NCBI GenBank assembly: GCA_910586545.1
Contig: CAJUIQ010000002.1
Location: forward strand, 39,090-103,089
Origin: an uncultured Eubacteriales bacterium
GTDB taxonomy: Bacteria > Bacillota > Clostridia > Oscillospirales > CAG-272
Reading direction: 5' to 3'
DNA length: 64,000 nucleotides
In this document: in pieces, positions 37,312 through 47,117 of the stretch
How positions within the stretch are numbered: the first letter of the stretch is position 1
Layout: each line of letters begins with the position of its first letter
Program-made: the position numbers and the translations under genes
Notes under the pieces: model-generated
The model's database searches: none
Seen by the model: the letters and a program-made list of their open reading frames with translations, nothing else
What the model was told of the DNA's origin: nothing

Positions 37312-39408
37312 TCATTTTACGCTGAACAGCAAGTCAGCATATGTCGGATAGGGCCACCAACTCTTTGCGGTAATCGTTTCCGCCTCATCACAGGCAACGC
37401 GCAGTTCCCCCATCTTTACCAGTACGCTGTCGCGAATCATAGCGGACTGTGCAAAGATATCCTCGCACTTCTGCAAAAACAGCAGAGCGTCTTCCAGTTC
37501 CTCTACCTTGCCCGCGATTCTGTCGGTCAGGGCGGATAATTTCTTCACGACGCCAAGCTCATAGCTGCAGGCAAGACTTGCATCCAGCGCTTTCTTTGCT
37601 GCCGCGCTTTTTGCAACATCTGCCGCATATCCTTCCACGGCAGGCGCAATTTGCGTCTTAGCCATATCCGCCATGGTACTTGCTTCGATTACAACAGTCT
37701 TGCAGTAGTTTTCTAACATAATATCGCATCTGGAACGCAGTTCCGCTTCGGAAAACACCCCGTGCCCCGTCAGCATATCCACGTTTTTCTTGTCCAGCAG
37801 ATGCGGCATACAATCGGGCGTGGTACGATAGTTGAGAAGTCCGCGTTTTTCTGTAGCTTCTCTGATCCAGCTATCGTCATAACCGTTGCCGTTAAAAATA
37901 ATATGCTTATGATCGCGAATCGTTTTCTGAATCATTCCGTGAAGGGCGGTTTCAAAATCTTTCGCCCCTTCCAGACGGTCAGCATAAATTTTGAGGCTTT
38001 CGGCAACCGCGCTGTTCAGCATAATGTTTGCACAGGCGATACTGTTGGAGGATCCAAGCATACGAAATTCAAATTTGTTTCCGGTAAACGCAAAGGGAGA
38101 CGTTCTGTTGCGGTCGGTGGTATCTCGGTTAAACTTTGGCAAAACATCCACGCCAAGCTTCATCTGTGTTTTTTTAGCGCCTTCGTACGGGGTATCGTTT
38201 TCAATCGCCTGGAGCACCGCATTCAACTCGTCTCCAAGGAAAATGGAAACAACGGCAGGCGGCGCCTCGTTGGCGCCCAACCGGTGATCGTTGCCGGCAG
38301 TAGCTACGGAGATACGAAGCAAATCCTGATAATCGTCCACAGCTTTGATTACCGCGCAGAGGAACAAGAGAAACTGCGCATTTTCATAGGGCGTCTCTCC
38401 AGGGGAAAGCAGATTCTGGCCTGCATCGGTAGCAATCGACCAGTTATTGTGCTTGCCGCTGCCGTTTACTCCAGCGAAAGGCTTTTCGTGAAGCAAACAG
38501 ACAAGACCGTGCTTTGCAGCGATTTTCTGCATAATTTCCATTGTGAGCTGGTTGTGATCGGTTGCAATATTGGTCGTCGTATAGATGGGCGCAAGCTCAT
38601 GCTGCGCGGGAGCAACCTCGTTATGTTCTGTTTTCGCCAGGATGCCTAGCTTCCAGAGTTCATGGTTCAACTCTTCCATAAAAGCTGCGACTCTAGGCTT
38701 GATCACGCCGAAATAGTGGTCGTCCATTTCCTGTCCCTTGGGCGGTTTTGCACCAAATAATGTGCGACCTGTGAACCGCAGGTCTGGCCGCTGATCATAC
38801 ATCTCCTGCGTCACAAGAAAGTATTCCTGTTCGGGACCTACGGAAGAACGGACGCATTTTGCAGTATTATTGCCAAATAGGCGCAGGATACGGAGCGCCT
38901 GCTTATTAAGCGCGCCCATGGAGCGCAGCAGAGGTGTTTTCTTATCCAGCGCTTCTCCGCCGTAAGAACAGAACGCCGTGGGAATGCACAAGGTCCGTCC
39001 CTTGATAAACGCATAGGAGGTAGGATCCCATGCGGTATAGCCTCTCGCCTCAAAAGTTGCGCGCAGACCACCGCTGGGGAAAGACGACGCATCCGGCTCG
39101 CCTTTAATCAGCTCCTTGCCAGAAAACTCCATAATTACGCCGCCGTCCGGAGAAGGAGAGATAAAACTGTCATGCTTTTCCGCCGTGATTCCGGTAAGAG
39201 GCTGGAACCAATGGGTATAATGGGTGGCCCCCTTAGAAATCGCCCAATCCTTCATTGCGGCTGCCACCGCATTTGCGACGCCGATATCCAGTGCGGTACC
39301 CTCGTCAATCGTCTTTTTTAAAGAGCCATATACCTTAGCGCTCAGCGTTGCTTTCATGACTCTGTCGTCGAACACCAAACTTCCAAAATATTCCGATACA
39401 GTTTCCAT
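37312..39408 (-). CDS. glnN: glutamine synthetase type III
   Basis: 698 aa. The N-terminus ..[15 protein letters not shown].. and the length are typical of GSIII. Only 18 nt separate it from amt. Confidence 0.9.
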   Translation of the reverse strand: METVSEYFGSLVFDDRVMKATLSAKVYGSLKKTIDEGTALDIGVANAVAAAMKDWAISKGATHYTHWFQPLTGITAEKHDSFISPSPDGGVIMEFSGKELIKGEPDASSFPSGGLRATFEARGYTAWDPTSYAFIKGRTLCIPTAFCSYGGEALDKKTPLLRSMGALNKQALRILRLFGNNTAKCVRSSVGPEQEYFLVTQEMYDQRPDLRFTGRTLFGAKPPKGQEMDDHYFGVIKPRVAAFMEELNHELWKLGILAKTEHNEVAPAQHELAPIYTTTNIATDHNQLTMEIMQKIAAKHGLVCLLHEKPFAGVNGSGKHNNWSIATDAGQNLLSPGETPYENAQFLLFLCAVIKAVDDYQDLLRISVATAGNDHRLGANEAPPAVVSIFLGDELNAVLQAIENDTPYEGAKKTQMKLGVDVLPKFNRDTTDRNRTSPFAFTGNKFEFRMLGSSNSIACANIMLNSAVAESLKIYADRLEGAKDFETALHGMIQKTIRDHKHIIFNGNGYDDSWIREATEKRGLLNYRTTPDCMPHLLDKKNVDMLTGHGVFSEAELRSRCDIMLENYCKTVVIEASTMADMAKTQIAPAVEGYAADVAKSAAAKKALDASLACSYELGVVKKLSALTDRIAGKVEELEDALLFLQKCEDIFAQSAMIRDSVLVKMGELRVACDEAETITAKSWWPYPTYADLLFSVK

Positions 39409-39428
39409 GATCCTATCTCCTTTTTTCT

Positions 39429-39486
39429 AAGTAATAAAGGCAAAAACGTCTCTCTGCCGATCAGCACGAAAGACGCCTTTGCCTTT
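39429..39486 (-). promoter_or_regulatory. glnN leader: hexaloop hairpin (39469-39486) embedded in a 16 bp terminator-like hairpin
   Basis: RNA AAAGGC[AAAGGC]GUCUUU. Alternative fold AAAGGCAAAGGCGUCU..19 nt..AGACGUUUUUGCCUUU followed by AUUACUU (weak U-tract). Confidence 0.55.
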
Positions 39487-39503
39487 GGTTTACAATTTAT
39501 TTT

Positions 39504-40851
<1,348 letters not shown>

Positions 40852-40860
40852 TTATTTGCG

Positions 40861-40920
40861 GAAAAGAAAAAGACGCTTACATGGCGGATCCTCCCACCAT
40901 GAAAGACGTCTTTGCCTTCC
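40861..40920 (-). promoter_or_regulatory. gdhA leader proximal attenuator: hexaloop hairpin (40901-40920) overlapping a terminator
   Basis: RNA GGAAGGC[AAAGAC]GUCUUUC. Alternative fold AAAGACG..CAUGGUGG-GAGGAU-CCGCCAUG..CGUCUUU followed by UUCUUUU. Confidence 0.6.
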
Positions 40921-40950
40921 CACATATATTATAGTATTATTTAGGATTTA

Positions 40951-40999
40951 CAAAAAAGAAAAGGGCGTCCTTGTATCCTCTCCAAGACGCCCTTGCCTT
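40951..40999 (-). promoter_or_regulatory. gdhA leader distal attenuator: hexaloop hairpin (40984-40999) overlapping a strong terminator
   Basis: RNA AAGGC[AAGGGC]GUCUU. Alternative fold AAGGGCGUCUUG-GAGAGGAUA-CAAGGACGCCCUU followed by UUCUUUUUUG. Confidence 0.6.
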
Positions 41000-41009
41000 T
41001 ACGCACTTT

Positions 41010-41038
41010 ATCTTACACCTGCAGGGAAGATTTGTCAA
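41010..41038 (-). promoter_or_regulatory. candidate promoter for gdhA, divergent from the glt promoter
   Basis: On the minus strand: TTGACA (41033-41038), 17 nt spacer, TAAGAT (41010-41015). The spacer contains TGCAGGT. Confidence 0.45.
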
Positions 41039-41097
41039 GCCTTTTTGCAATATTTTTTTCAAAACCTGCAAAAAAAATGAAATCTTTTGTTTTGCCC

Positions 41098-41126
41098 TTG
41101 ACAAAATGCAGGTACAGATGTATAAT
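41098..41126 (+). promoter_or_regulatory. sigma-A type promoter for the glt-like/glnA/ANTAR operon
   Basis: TTGACA (41098-41103), 17 nt spacer containing TGCAGGT, TATAAT (41121-41126). Confidence 0.65.
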
Positions 41127-41134
41127 ACTTGCAA

Positions 41135-41198
41135 ATGGGCAAAGGAGTTCATTTCCGTGCAGACATGTATGCGCGGGAATGGCTCCTTTTGTTTTTTA
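41135..41198 (+). promoter_or_regulatory. glt operon leader attenuator: hexaloop hairpin (41135-41152) overlapping a strong terminator
   Basis: RNA AUGGGC[AAAGGA]GUUCAU. Alternative fold AAAGGAG-UU-CAUUUCCGUGC-AGACAUGUAU-GCGCGGGAAUG-G-CUCCUUU followed by UGUUUUUU. Confidence 0.65.
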
Positions 41199-41224
41199 CA
41201 TTTTTCTGAAAGGAAAAATTTGAT

Positions 41225-42319
41225 ATGAAATTAGAAGGCCAAGTACGAATCCCCTCCGGATGTGCGATTGCCGCTGTTATTTCTAAAGAGGGAAATAAAA
41301 TGTCCGGCGAACGAGTCGCCAGCGCCATGAAGCCGATGCATGACCGTTCCAACGGACTGGGAGGCGGGTTTGCCGGATATGGCATCTACCCCGCGTATAA
41401 AGATTTTTACGCGCTGCATATGTTTTTTGACGAGCGCTCCACTCGGAAAAACTGTGAAGTATTTCTAAAAGAACGATTTGAAATTGTAAAATCGGAAATT
41501 ATCCCCACCAGGAAAATCCCGGCAATTACCGACGAACCGATTATATGGAGATATTTCGTAGCCCCGCTGCAATCTGTTCTTGCCAATTTACAGTTGGATG
41601 AAAAGGAATTTGTAGCGCGCACCGTTATGAAAATTAACACGGAAATGAAGGGGGCCTATGTTTTCTCCAGCGGAAAAAACATGGGAACCTTTAAGGCGGT
41701 TGGGTTTCCCGAAGACGTAGCGCTTTTTTATAAATTAGAAGAATACGCAGGCTACTCCTGGACGGCCCATGGCCGTTACCCCACCAACACGCCCGGATGG
41801 TGGGGCGGCGCCCATCCCTTTACGCTGCTGGATTACTCTATCGTACATAACGGGGAAATTTCATCTTACGACGCCAACCGTCGTTTTATAGAAATGTTTG
41901 GTTACAAATGTACCCTGCAAACCGACACCGAGGTCATCACCTATATAATGGATTATCTTGTGCGGGTTCAGGGACTGACCCTTGATGAAGCGGCAAGCGT
42001 GATCGCCGCCCCCTTTTGGAGTACCATCGAAGATAAAACAGACATAGAGGATAAAGAAAAGCATATCTATCTGCGCACCCTCTTTCCCAGCTTGCTGATA
42101 ACAGGACCGTTTTCCATCGTTCTTGGATTTAACGGCGGTCTGATGGCGCTTAACGACCGTCTCAAGCTCCGTTCCATGGTAGTTGGAGAAAAGGACGATA
42201 AAGTATTTATCGCCAGCGAGGAGGCGGCAATCCGTATGATGGAGCCGGACGCTACTAATATTTGGGCTCCCGCCGGCGGCGAGCCGGTTATAGTCAAAGT
42301 AAAGGATGGTGCGTACTGA
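41225..42319 (+). CDS. class II glutamine amidotransferase domain protein (GltB domain 1-like / GlxB-like)
   Basis: 364 aa. Ntn-type Cys in ..IPSGCAIAAVISKEG. Collinear with the amidotransferase domain of the glutamate synthase large subunit. Its stop overlaps the next start (TGATG). Confidence 0.8.
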   Translation: MKLEGQVRIPSGCAIAAVISKEGNKMSGERVASAMKPMHDRSNGLGGGFAGYGIYPAYKDFYALHMFFDERSTRKNCEVFLKERFEIVKSEIIPTRKIPAITDEPIIWRYFVAPLQSVLANLQLDEKEFVARTVMKINTEMKGAYVFSSGKNMGTFKAVGFPEDVALFYKLEEYAGYSWTAHGRYPTNTPGWWGGAHPFTLLDYSIVHNGEISSYDANRRFIEMFGYKCTLQTDTEVITYIMDYLVRVQGLTLDEAASVIAAPFWSTIEDKTDIEDKEKHIYLRTLFPSLLITGPFSIVLGFNGGLMALNDRLKLRSMVVGEKDDKVFIASEEAAIRMMEPDATNIWAPAGGEPVIVKVKDGAY

Positions 42320-43824
42320 TGCGTGCAGAATTTGTATATCCGGAATTTGAAGTCATCCGCAATGCCGACCGCTGTATTGAATGCCGGGTTTGTGAGCGGC
42401 AATGTGCCAACGGGGTACATGCATTGCATCCTGAAAAGGGCGTTATGATCAGCGATGAGAGAGCCTGTGTAAACTGCCAGCGTTGTGTGGCGCTCTGCCC
42501 CACCAGAGCGCTGAAAATTGTAAAAAGCGACTGCGCCCTCCGAGAAAATGCCAACTGGTCAAGCGATACGATTCAGGAAATCTACAAACAGGCCGACAGC
42601 GGCGGCGTGCTCCTTTCCTCTATGGGCAATCCGAAGCCTATGCCCGTGTACTGGGATAAAATTCTCATCAACGCCTCCCAAGTAACCAACCCGCCCATTG
42701 ATCCCCTGCGGGAGCCTATGGAAACCCGTGTGTCTCTCGGCAAAAAGCCACATCAGGTTCAGCGGGACGAAACCGGCAGGCTAAAATGCCAGCTTCCTCC
42801 CCAGCTTACCCTTTCCATGCCCATCCTGTTTTCGGCAATGAGCTATGGTTCCATCAGTTATAACGCGCATGCCGCGCTCGCCCGTGCCGCCACCGAGCTT
42901 GGCATCCTATATAACACCGGCGAGGGAGGACTGCATGAAGATTTCTATTGCTACGGTGAAAACACGATTGTGCAGGTTGCGTCGGGCCGATTTGGCGTGC
43001 ATGAGGACTATTTGAAGGCCGGCGCAGCCATTGAAATTAAAATGGGACAGGGCGCAAAGCCGGGGATCGGCGGACATCTGCCCGGTACAAAAATTGTGGG
43101 CGACGTCTCCCGTACCCGTATGATTCCCGAAGGCTCAGACGCAATTTCCCCGGCGCCCCACCACGACATATATTCCATTGAGGATCTGCGGCAGCTTGTT
43201 TTTTCCTTGAAAGAGACCACTGAATATAAAAAGCCGGTAATTGTAAAGGTGGCAGCCGTACATAATATTGCCGCAATTGCCAGCGGTATTGCCAGAAGCG
43301 GCGCGGACATCATCGCCATCGATGGATTCCGCGGCGGCACCGGCGCGGCGCCTACCAGAATTCGGGACAATGTGGGCATCCCCATTGAGCTTGCTCTGGC
43401 AGCAGTTGATCAGCGGCTTCGGGACGAGGGAATCCGCAATGATATATCTCTTGTAGTAGGCGGTTCTATTCGCAGCGCGTCAGACGTGATCAAGGCCATT
43501 GCCCTAGGCGCGGACGCTTGTTATATTGCGACGGCAGCGCTTCTTGCTCTTGGTTGCCACCTCTGTCGCACCTGTCAAAGCGGCAAATGCAACTGGGGAA
43601 TCGCAACCCAGCGTCCTGAACTGGTAAAACGTCTGGATCCCGATATAGGGAGTCAGCGTCTTATCAATCTGATGCACGCATGGCAGCACGAAATCAAAGA
43701 ACTAATGGGCGGCATGGGAATCAATTCCATTGAATCCCTGCGAGGCAATCGTCTGATGCTGCGCGGTATTGGTATGACAGATAAAGAACTGGAAATTTTG
43801 GGCATCTCCCATGCGGGAGAATGA
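42319..43824 (+). CDS. glutamate synthase FMN-domain protein with an N-terminal 2x[4Fe-4S] ferredoxin-like domain
   Basis: Start MRAEFVYP. Two CxxCxxCxxxCP-type clusters (CIECRVCERQC, CVNCQRCVALCP), then a GltB domain 2-like TIM barrel (..GEGG..KMGQGAKPGIGGHLPG..). Confidence 0.85.
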   Translation: MRAEFVYPEFEVIRNADRCIECRVCERQCANGVHALHPEKGVMISDERACVNCQRCVALCPTRALKIVKSDCALRENANWSSDTIQEIYKQADSGGVLLSSMGNPKPMPVYWDKILINASQVTNPPIDPLREPMETRVSLGKKPHQVQRDETGRLKCQLPPQLTLSMPILFSAMSYGSISYNAHAALARAATELGILYNTGEGGLHEDFYCYGENTIVQVASGRFGVHEDYLKAGAAIEIKMGQGAKPGIGGHLPGTKIVGDVSRTRMIPEGSDAISPAPHHDIYSIEDLRQLVFSLKETTEYKKPVIVKVAAVHNIAAIASGIARSGADIIAIDGFRGGTGAAPTRIRDNVGIPIELALAAVDQRLRDEGIRNDISLVVGGSIRSASDVIKAIALGADACYIATAALLALGCHLCRTCQSGKCNWGIATQRPELVKRLDPDIGSQRLINLMHAWQHEIKELMGGMGINSIESLRGNRLMLRGIGMTDKELEILGISHAGE

Positions 43825-43920
43825 CGCTGAAAAATACCTATTAGAGATGAGAAAATAGCCTTTGTGCCGTTTTTTCTCTCTAAATCTATAGAAATAAGGT
43901 TGGAGGTGCGGTATAATATT

Positions 43921-44640
43921 ATGGTAATTGATGCTGGCTGCCTTGATTACAAGGCTTTGAACGATACGCTTCGCAAGGCAGAGGAAAATTGCAAAATCGT
44001 GGGTTGCTGCGGACAGCGCTTTATCGCGGCGGGTATGTCTCAAAAAAATATTGCGATTCAGGGAATCCCCGGAAACGCCCTTGGCGCATACTTGAACGGG
44101 GCCTGCATTACCGTAAACGGAAGCGTGCAGGATGCTGTTGGAGACACAATGAACGCAGGCAAAATTATTGTGCACGGCAATATAGGAGACGCGGCAGGAT
44201 ATGCAATGCGGGGTGGCAGAATTTTTGTTAAAGGAAATGCCGGATACCGTGCCGGGATCCACATGAAAGCATACAACGAAAAAATGCCGGTTATGGTGAT
44301 TGGCGGCACGGCCGGAAGTTTTCTTGGCGAATATCAGGCAGGCGGCGTAATCGTTGTTCTTGGACTTACAGCGCCGGATAAAAAAATTGTAGGGTATTTC
44401 CCCTGTACTGGAATGCATGGCGGAAAAATGTTTCTGCGTTCCGACTGCAGCGACGTTAAATTTCCAGATCAGGTTACGGCGCGTGCCGCCGGAGATGCAG
44501 ATCTGGAAGAACTCAAAACATATATTACCGAATATTGCGATTTGTTCGGATATGATACGCAGGCCGTGCTGGACGCGCCCTTTACCGTAGTTACCCCTGA
44601 CAGCAGGAACCCCTATAAACAGATGTATGTAGCCAATTAA
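43921..44640 (+). CDS. GXGXG-motif protein (GltB C-terminal domain-like / GlxC-like)
   Basis: Start MVIDAG (RBS GGAGGTG). Repeated beta-helix motif (..GNIGDAAGYAMRGGRIFVKGNAGYRAG..). Confidence 0.8.
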   Translation: MVIDAGCLDYKALNDTLRKAEENCKIVGCCGQRFIAAGMSQKNIAIQGIPGNALGAYLNGACITVNGSVQDAVGDTMNAGKIIVHGNIGDAAGYAMRGGRIFVKGNAGYRAGIHMKAYNEKMPVMVIGGTAGSFLGEYQAGGVIVVLGLTAPDKKIVGYFPCTGMHGGKMFLRSDCSDVKFPDQVTARAAGDADLEELKTYITEYCDLFGYDTQAVLDAPFTVVTPDSRNPYKQMYVAN

Positions 44641-44663
44641 AAAAGCAGGAATGGAGATGCATT

Positions 44664-45875
44664 ATGAAATATTCAAAGGAAGAGGTTATGCAGTATGTCC
44701 GGGAAGAAGACGTAAAATTTATCCGTCTTGCGTTCTGCGACGTATTTGGCAAACAAAAAAATATATCCATTATGCCGCAGGAGCTGCCTCGCGCTTTTGA
44801 ATATGGAATTGCTTTCGACGCCTCGGCAATCGCAGGATTTGGAGGCGAGACACATTCTGATCTTTTGCTGCATCCGATTGCCGAAACGCTGATGCTGCTT
44901 CCGTGGAGGCCGGAACACGGCAAGGTGGTCCGTATGTTTTCAAGAATTTCCTATCCTGACGGTACGCCGTTTGAATGTGATACCCGCAGTCTGTTGGAAA
45001 GGGCCATGGCCGACGCCCAGAAGACGGGATATAGCTTTGCTTTTGGCGCCGAACAGGAATTCTATTTATTCAAGCTGAATGAAAACGGCATACCTACGCA
45101 GGACCCCCATGACATGGCAGGATATATGGATATTGCTCCCGATGATCGAGGAGAAAATATACGCCGTGAGATTTGTCTCACATTGGAGCAAATGGGCATT
45201 CGACCGGAAAGCTCCCATCATGAGGAAGGGTTCGGGCAGAACGAAATAGACTTTCGTTATTCCGACGCGCTGACAGCGGCTGACAACGCGCTGACCTTTC
45301 AAACGGTTGTAAAAACAGCCGCTCACCGCAACGGACTTTTTGCAGATTTTTCTCCCAAACCCCTTGCAAACAATCCGGGCAACGGATTTCACATCAACAT
45401 GTCTGTAAAGCCCTGCACAGGATCTGAAAACCTTTGTTATATGATTGCCGGGATTCTTGCAAAAGTGGAGGAGATGACCATATTTTTCAATCCCACGGAA
45501 GACTCCTATAAGCGGTTCGGTCAGAACAAAGCGCCCAAATATATATCCTGGTCCAGTGAAAACCGTTCTCAGCTTGTGAGAATTCCTGCCGCAATTGGAG
45601 AATATCGCCGCGCGGAACTGCGCTCACCGGATCCCACGGCCAATCCATATCTTGCCTTTGCTCTGCTGATCTACGCAGGTCTTTTCGGAATTGAAAATAA
45701 ACTTGATTTGCCTGCGGCGTCTAATGTGAATTTATATACGGCGGATGCGAAAACTCTGGAGCGTTTTAAACGACTGCCGCAGGATCTTTCCGCCGCACGC
45801 AAGGTTGCGGCAGCCAGTGCCTTCATCAAAGCGCATGTACCTGCCCAAATTTTAGATATCTATTGCGGCAGATAA
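44664..45875 (+). CDS. glnA: glutamine synthetase family protein (type I-like, short form)
   Basis: 403 aa. A beta-grasp N-domain (VKFIRLAFCDVFGKQKN) plus the catalytic domain (..GFHINMS.., ..NRSQLVRIP..ELRSPD). The substrate (ammonia or an amine) cannot be read from the sequence. Confidence 0.8.
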   Translation: MKYSKEEVMQYVREEDVKFIRLAFCDVFGKQKNISIMPQELPRAFEYGIAFDASAIAGFGGETHSDLLLHPIAETLMLLPWRPEHGKVVRMFSRISYPDGTPFECDTRSLLERAMADAQKTGYSFAFGAEQEFYLFKLNENGIPTQDPHDMAGYMDIAPDDRGENIRREICLTLEQMGIRPESSHHEEGFGQNEIDFRYSDALTAADNALTFQTVVKTAAHRNGLFADFSPKPLANNPGNGFHINMSVKPCTGSENLCYMIAGILAKVEEMTIFFNPTEDSYKRFGQNKAPKYISWSSENRSQLVRIPAAIGEYRRAELRSPDPTANPYLAFALLIYAGLFGIENKLDLPAASNVNLYTADAKTLERFKRLPQDLSAARKVAAASAFIKAHVPAQILDIYCGR

Positions 45876-45910
45876 AGTTTTATTTGGCAAGTGGAAAGGA
45901 GGGGAGCAAA

Positions 45911-46495
45911 ATGAGTCTTAAAGAACAAGGTTACAGCGTTTTGGTAGTTTCGGCGTCAGAAACTATGAACAGCGCCATATCCGCTTTGCTCCCCGAATCT
46001 AAATACAGCCCCATCCGTTTTGTATCAAGCGTGAGCGCCGCGAAGAGAGCGTTCGCTGAATATGCTTTCGATTTCGTAATTGTCAATGCTCCGCTGCCGG
46101 ACGATATGGGCGTTCGTTTCGCAATTGACGCATGCAGCGCAAAGGGAACGGTTGTTCTTCTGCTGGTACGTGCGGAACTGCATGACGAAATTTATGATAA
46201 GGTTGCGGAACACGGCGTTTTTACGCTCGCAAAGCCAACCGCAAAGCCGACCATTATTATCGCGCTTGGCTGGATGTCCAGCGCCCGTGAAAGGCTGAGA
46301 AAGTCTGAGAAAAAAACGCTTTCCATTGAAGAAAAGATGGAGGAAATTCGAATTGTCAACAAAGCAAAATGGCTTCTTATTCGGGAACTGAAAATGGATG
46401 AACCCCAGGCGCACCGCTATATTGAAAAGCAGGCGATGGATCGCTGTGTGACAAGGCGTGAGATTGCAGAAGATATTATTAAAATCTATCATTGA
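45911..46495 (+). CDS. ANTAR-domain RNA-binding antiterminator with a pseudo-receiver domain
   Basis: Start MSLKEQG (RBS AGGAGG). The C-terminal ..IVNKAKWLLIRELKMDEPQAHRYIEKQAMDRCVTRREIAEDII matches the ANTAR three-helix pattern. The N-terminal REC-like fold lacks the acidic pocket (VVSASE; FVIVNAPLP has Asn where the phospho-Asp is expected). Confidence 0.8.
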   Translation: MSLKEQGYSVLVVSASETMNSAISALLPESKYSPIRFVSSVSAAKRAFAEYAFDFVIVNAPLPDDMGVRFAIDACSAKGTVVLLLVRAELHDEIYDKVAEHGVFTLAKPTAKPTIIIALGWMSSARERLRKSEKKTLSIEEKMEEIRIVNKAKWLLIRELKMDEPQAHRYIEKQAMDRCVTRREIAEDIIKIYH

Positions 46496-46530
46496 AAAAA
46501 TTACATCGGAAGAAAAACAGAGTCTTTCGC

Positions 46531-46559
46531 TTGACAAATATTTGCGGTGATGGTATAAT
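46531..46559 (+). promoter_or_regulatory. sigma-A type promoter for the T-box leader
   Basis: TTGACA (46531-46536), 17 nt spacer, TATAAT (46554-46559). Confidence 0.65.
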
Positions 46560-46875
46560 GTATAAAATTGAATATCATAAACCGTTGATGCGGAGATAAC
46601 GGCAATGATGCCTTTACAGAGAGCCTGCGACGCTGAAAGTCAGGTAGGAAACAAGTTGTCAAATGGGCCGCTTAGGGTGCAGTCAAATGTGATTTCACAG
46701 AGTATTCTGCAACGTGTTGGCATACGTCAGTTGCCGAGGATATACAGGTATCCTGCTAAGAGCACGGGGTTGTCTCGTGAATGCAAGGTGGCACCGCGGA
46801 TCGTGGTACATGAAAAACAATGTATCGTATTCGTCCTTGACAAAGCGTATTTTGTCGAGGGCATTTTTATTTTTA
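46560..46875 (+). promoter_or_regulatory. T-box riboswitch leader (probably Trp-specific)
   Basis: AG-box AGAGAG (about 46617). T-box sequence AAUGCAAGGUGGCACCGCG (46780-46798). Terminator CCUUGACAAA-GCGUAU-UUUGUCGAGG plus a U-run (46835-46875). Candidate specifier UGG at 46664-46666. The downstream gene is trpB. Confidence 0.8.
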
Positions 46876-46946
46876 AGCTTCTTTGACAAAACATGCGTCA
46901 GAGGAGTTTTTTCTGTTTTTAACCAATTTCACACTCAAATTTAGCT

Positions 46947-46966
46947 TAGAAACGGTACCGTTTCTA
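46947..46966. other. perfect 20 bp palindrome between the T-box terminator and trpB
   Basis: TAGAAACGGTACCGTTTCTA. Confidence 0.7.
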
Positions 46967-47117
46967 CCTACTTCTTTGGCATAGCGAAATTTTATGGATA
47001 CTTGTCGAAATGGAGATTATTATGCTGGTACAATCCAAACGATGGCGGCGCTCACATAAAATCGCCCCATAAAAAACGAACAAAACCAACTATTTTACTA
47101 TTTTGGAGGATGCAAAA

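Noticed and set aside
41040-41126. A TnrA/GlnR-type operator (TGTNAN7TNACA) at the glt/gdhA promoters
   Set aside because: The nearest candidate, TGTTTTGCCCTTGACA, has the wrong length and lacks the conserved A and T positions. No convincing box was seen.
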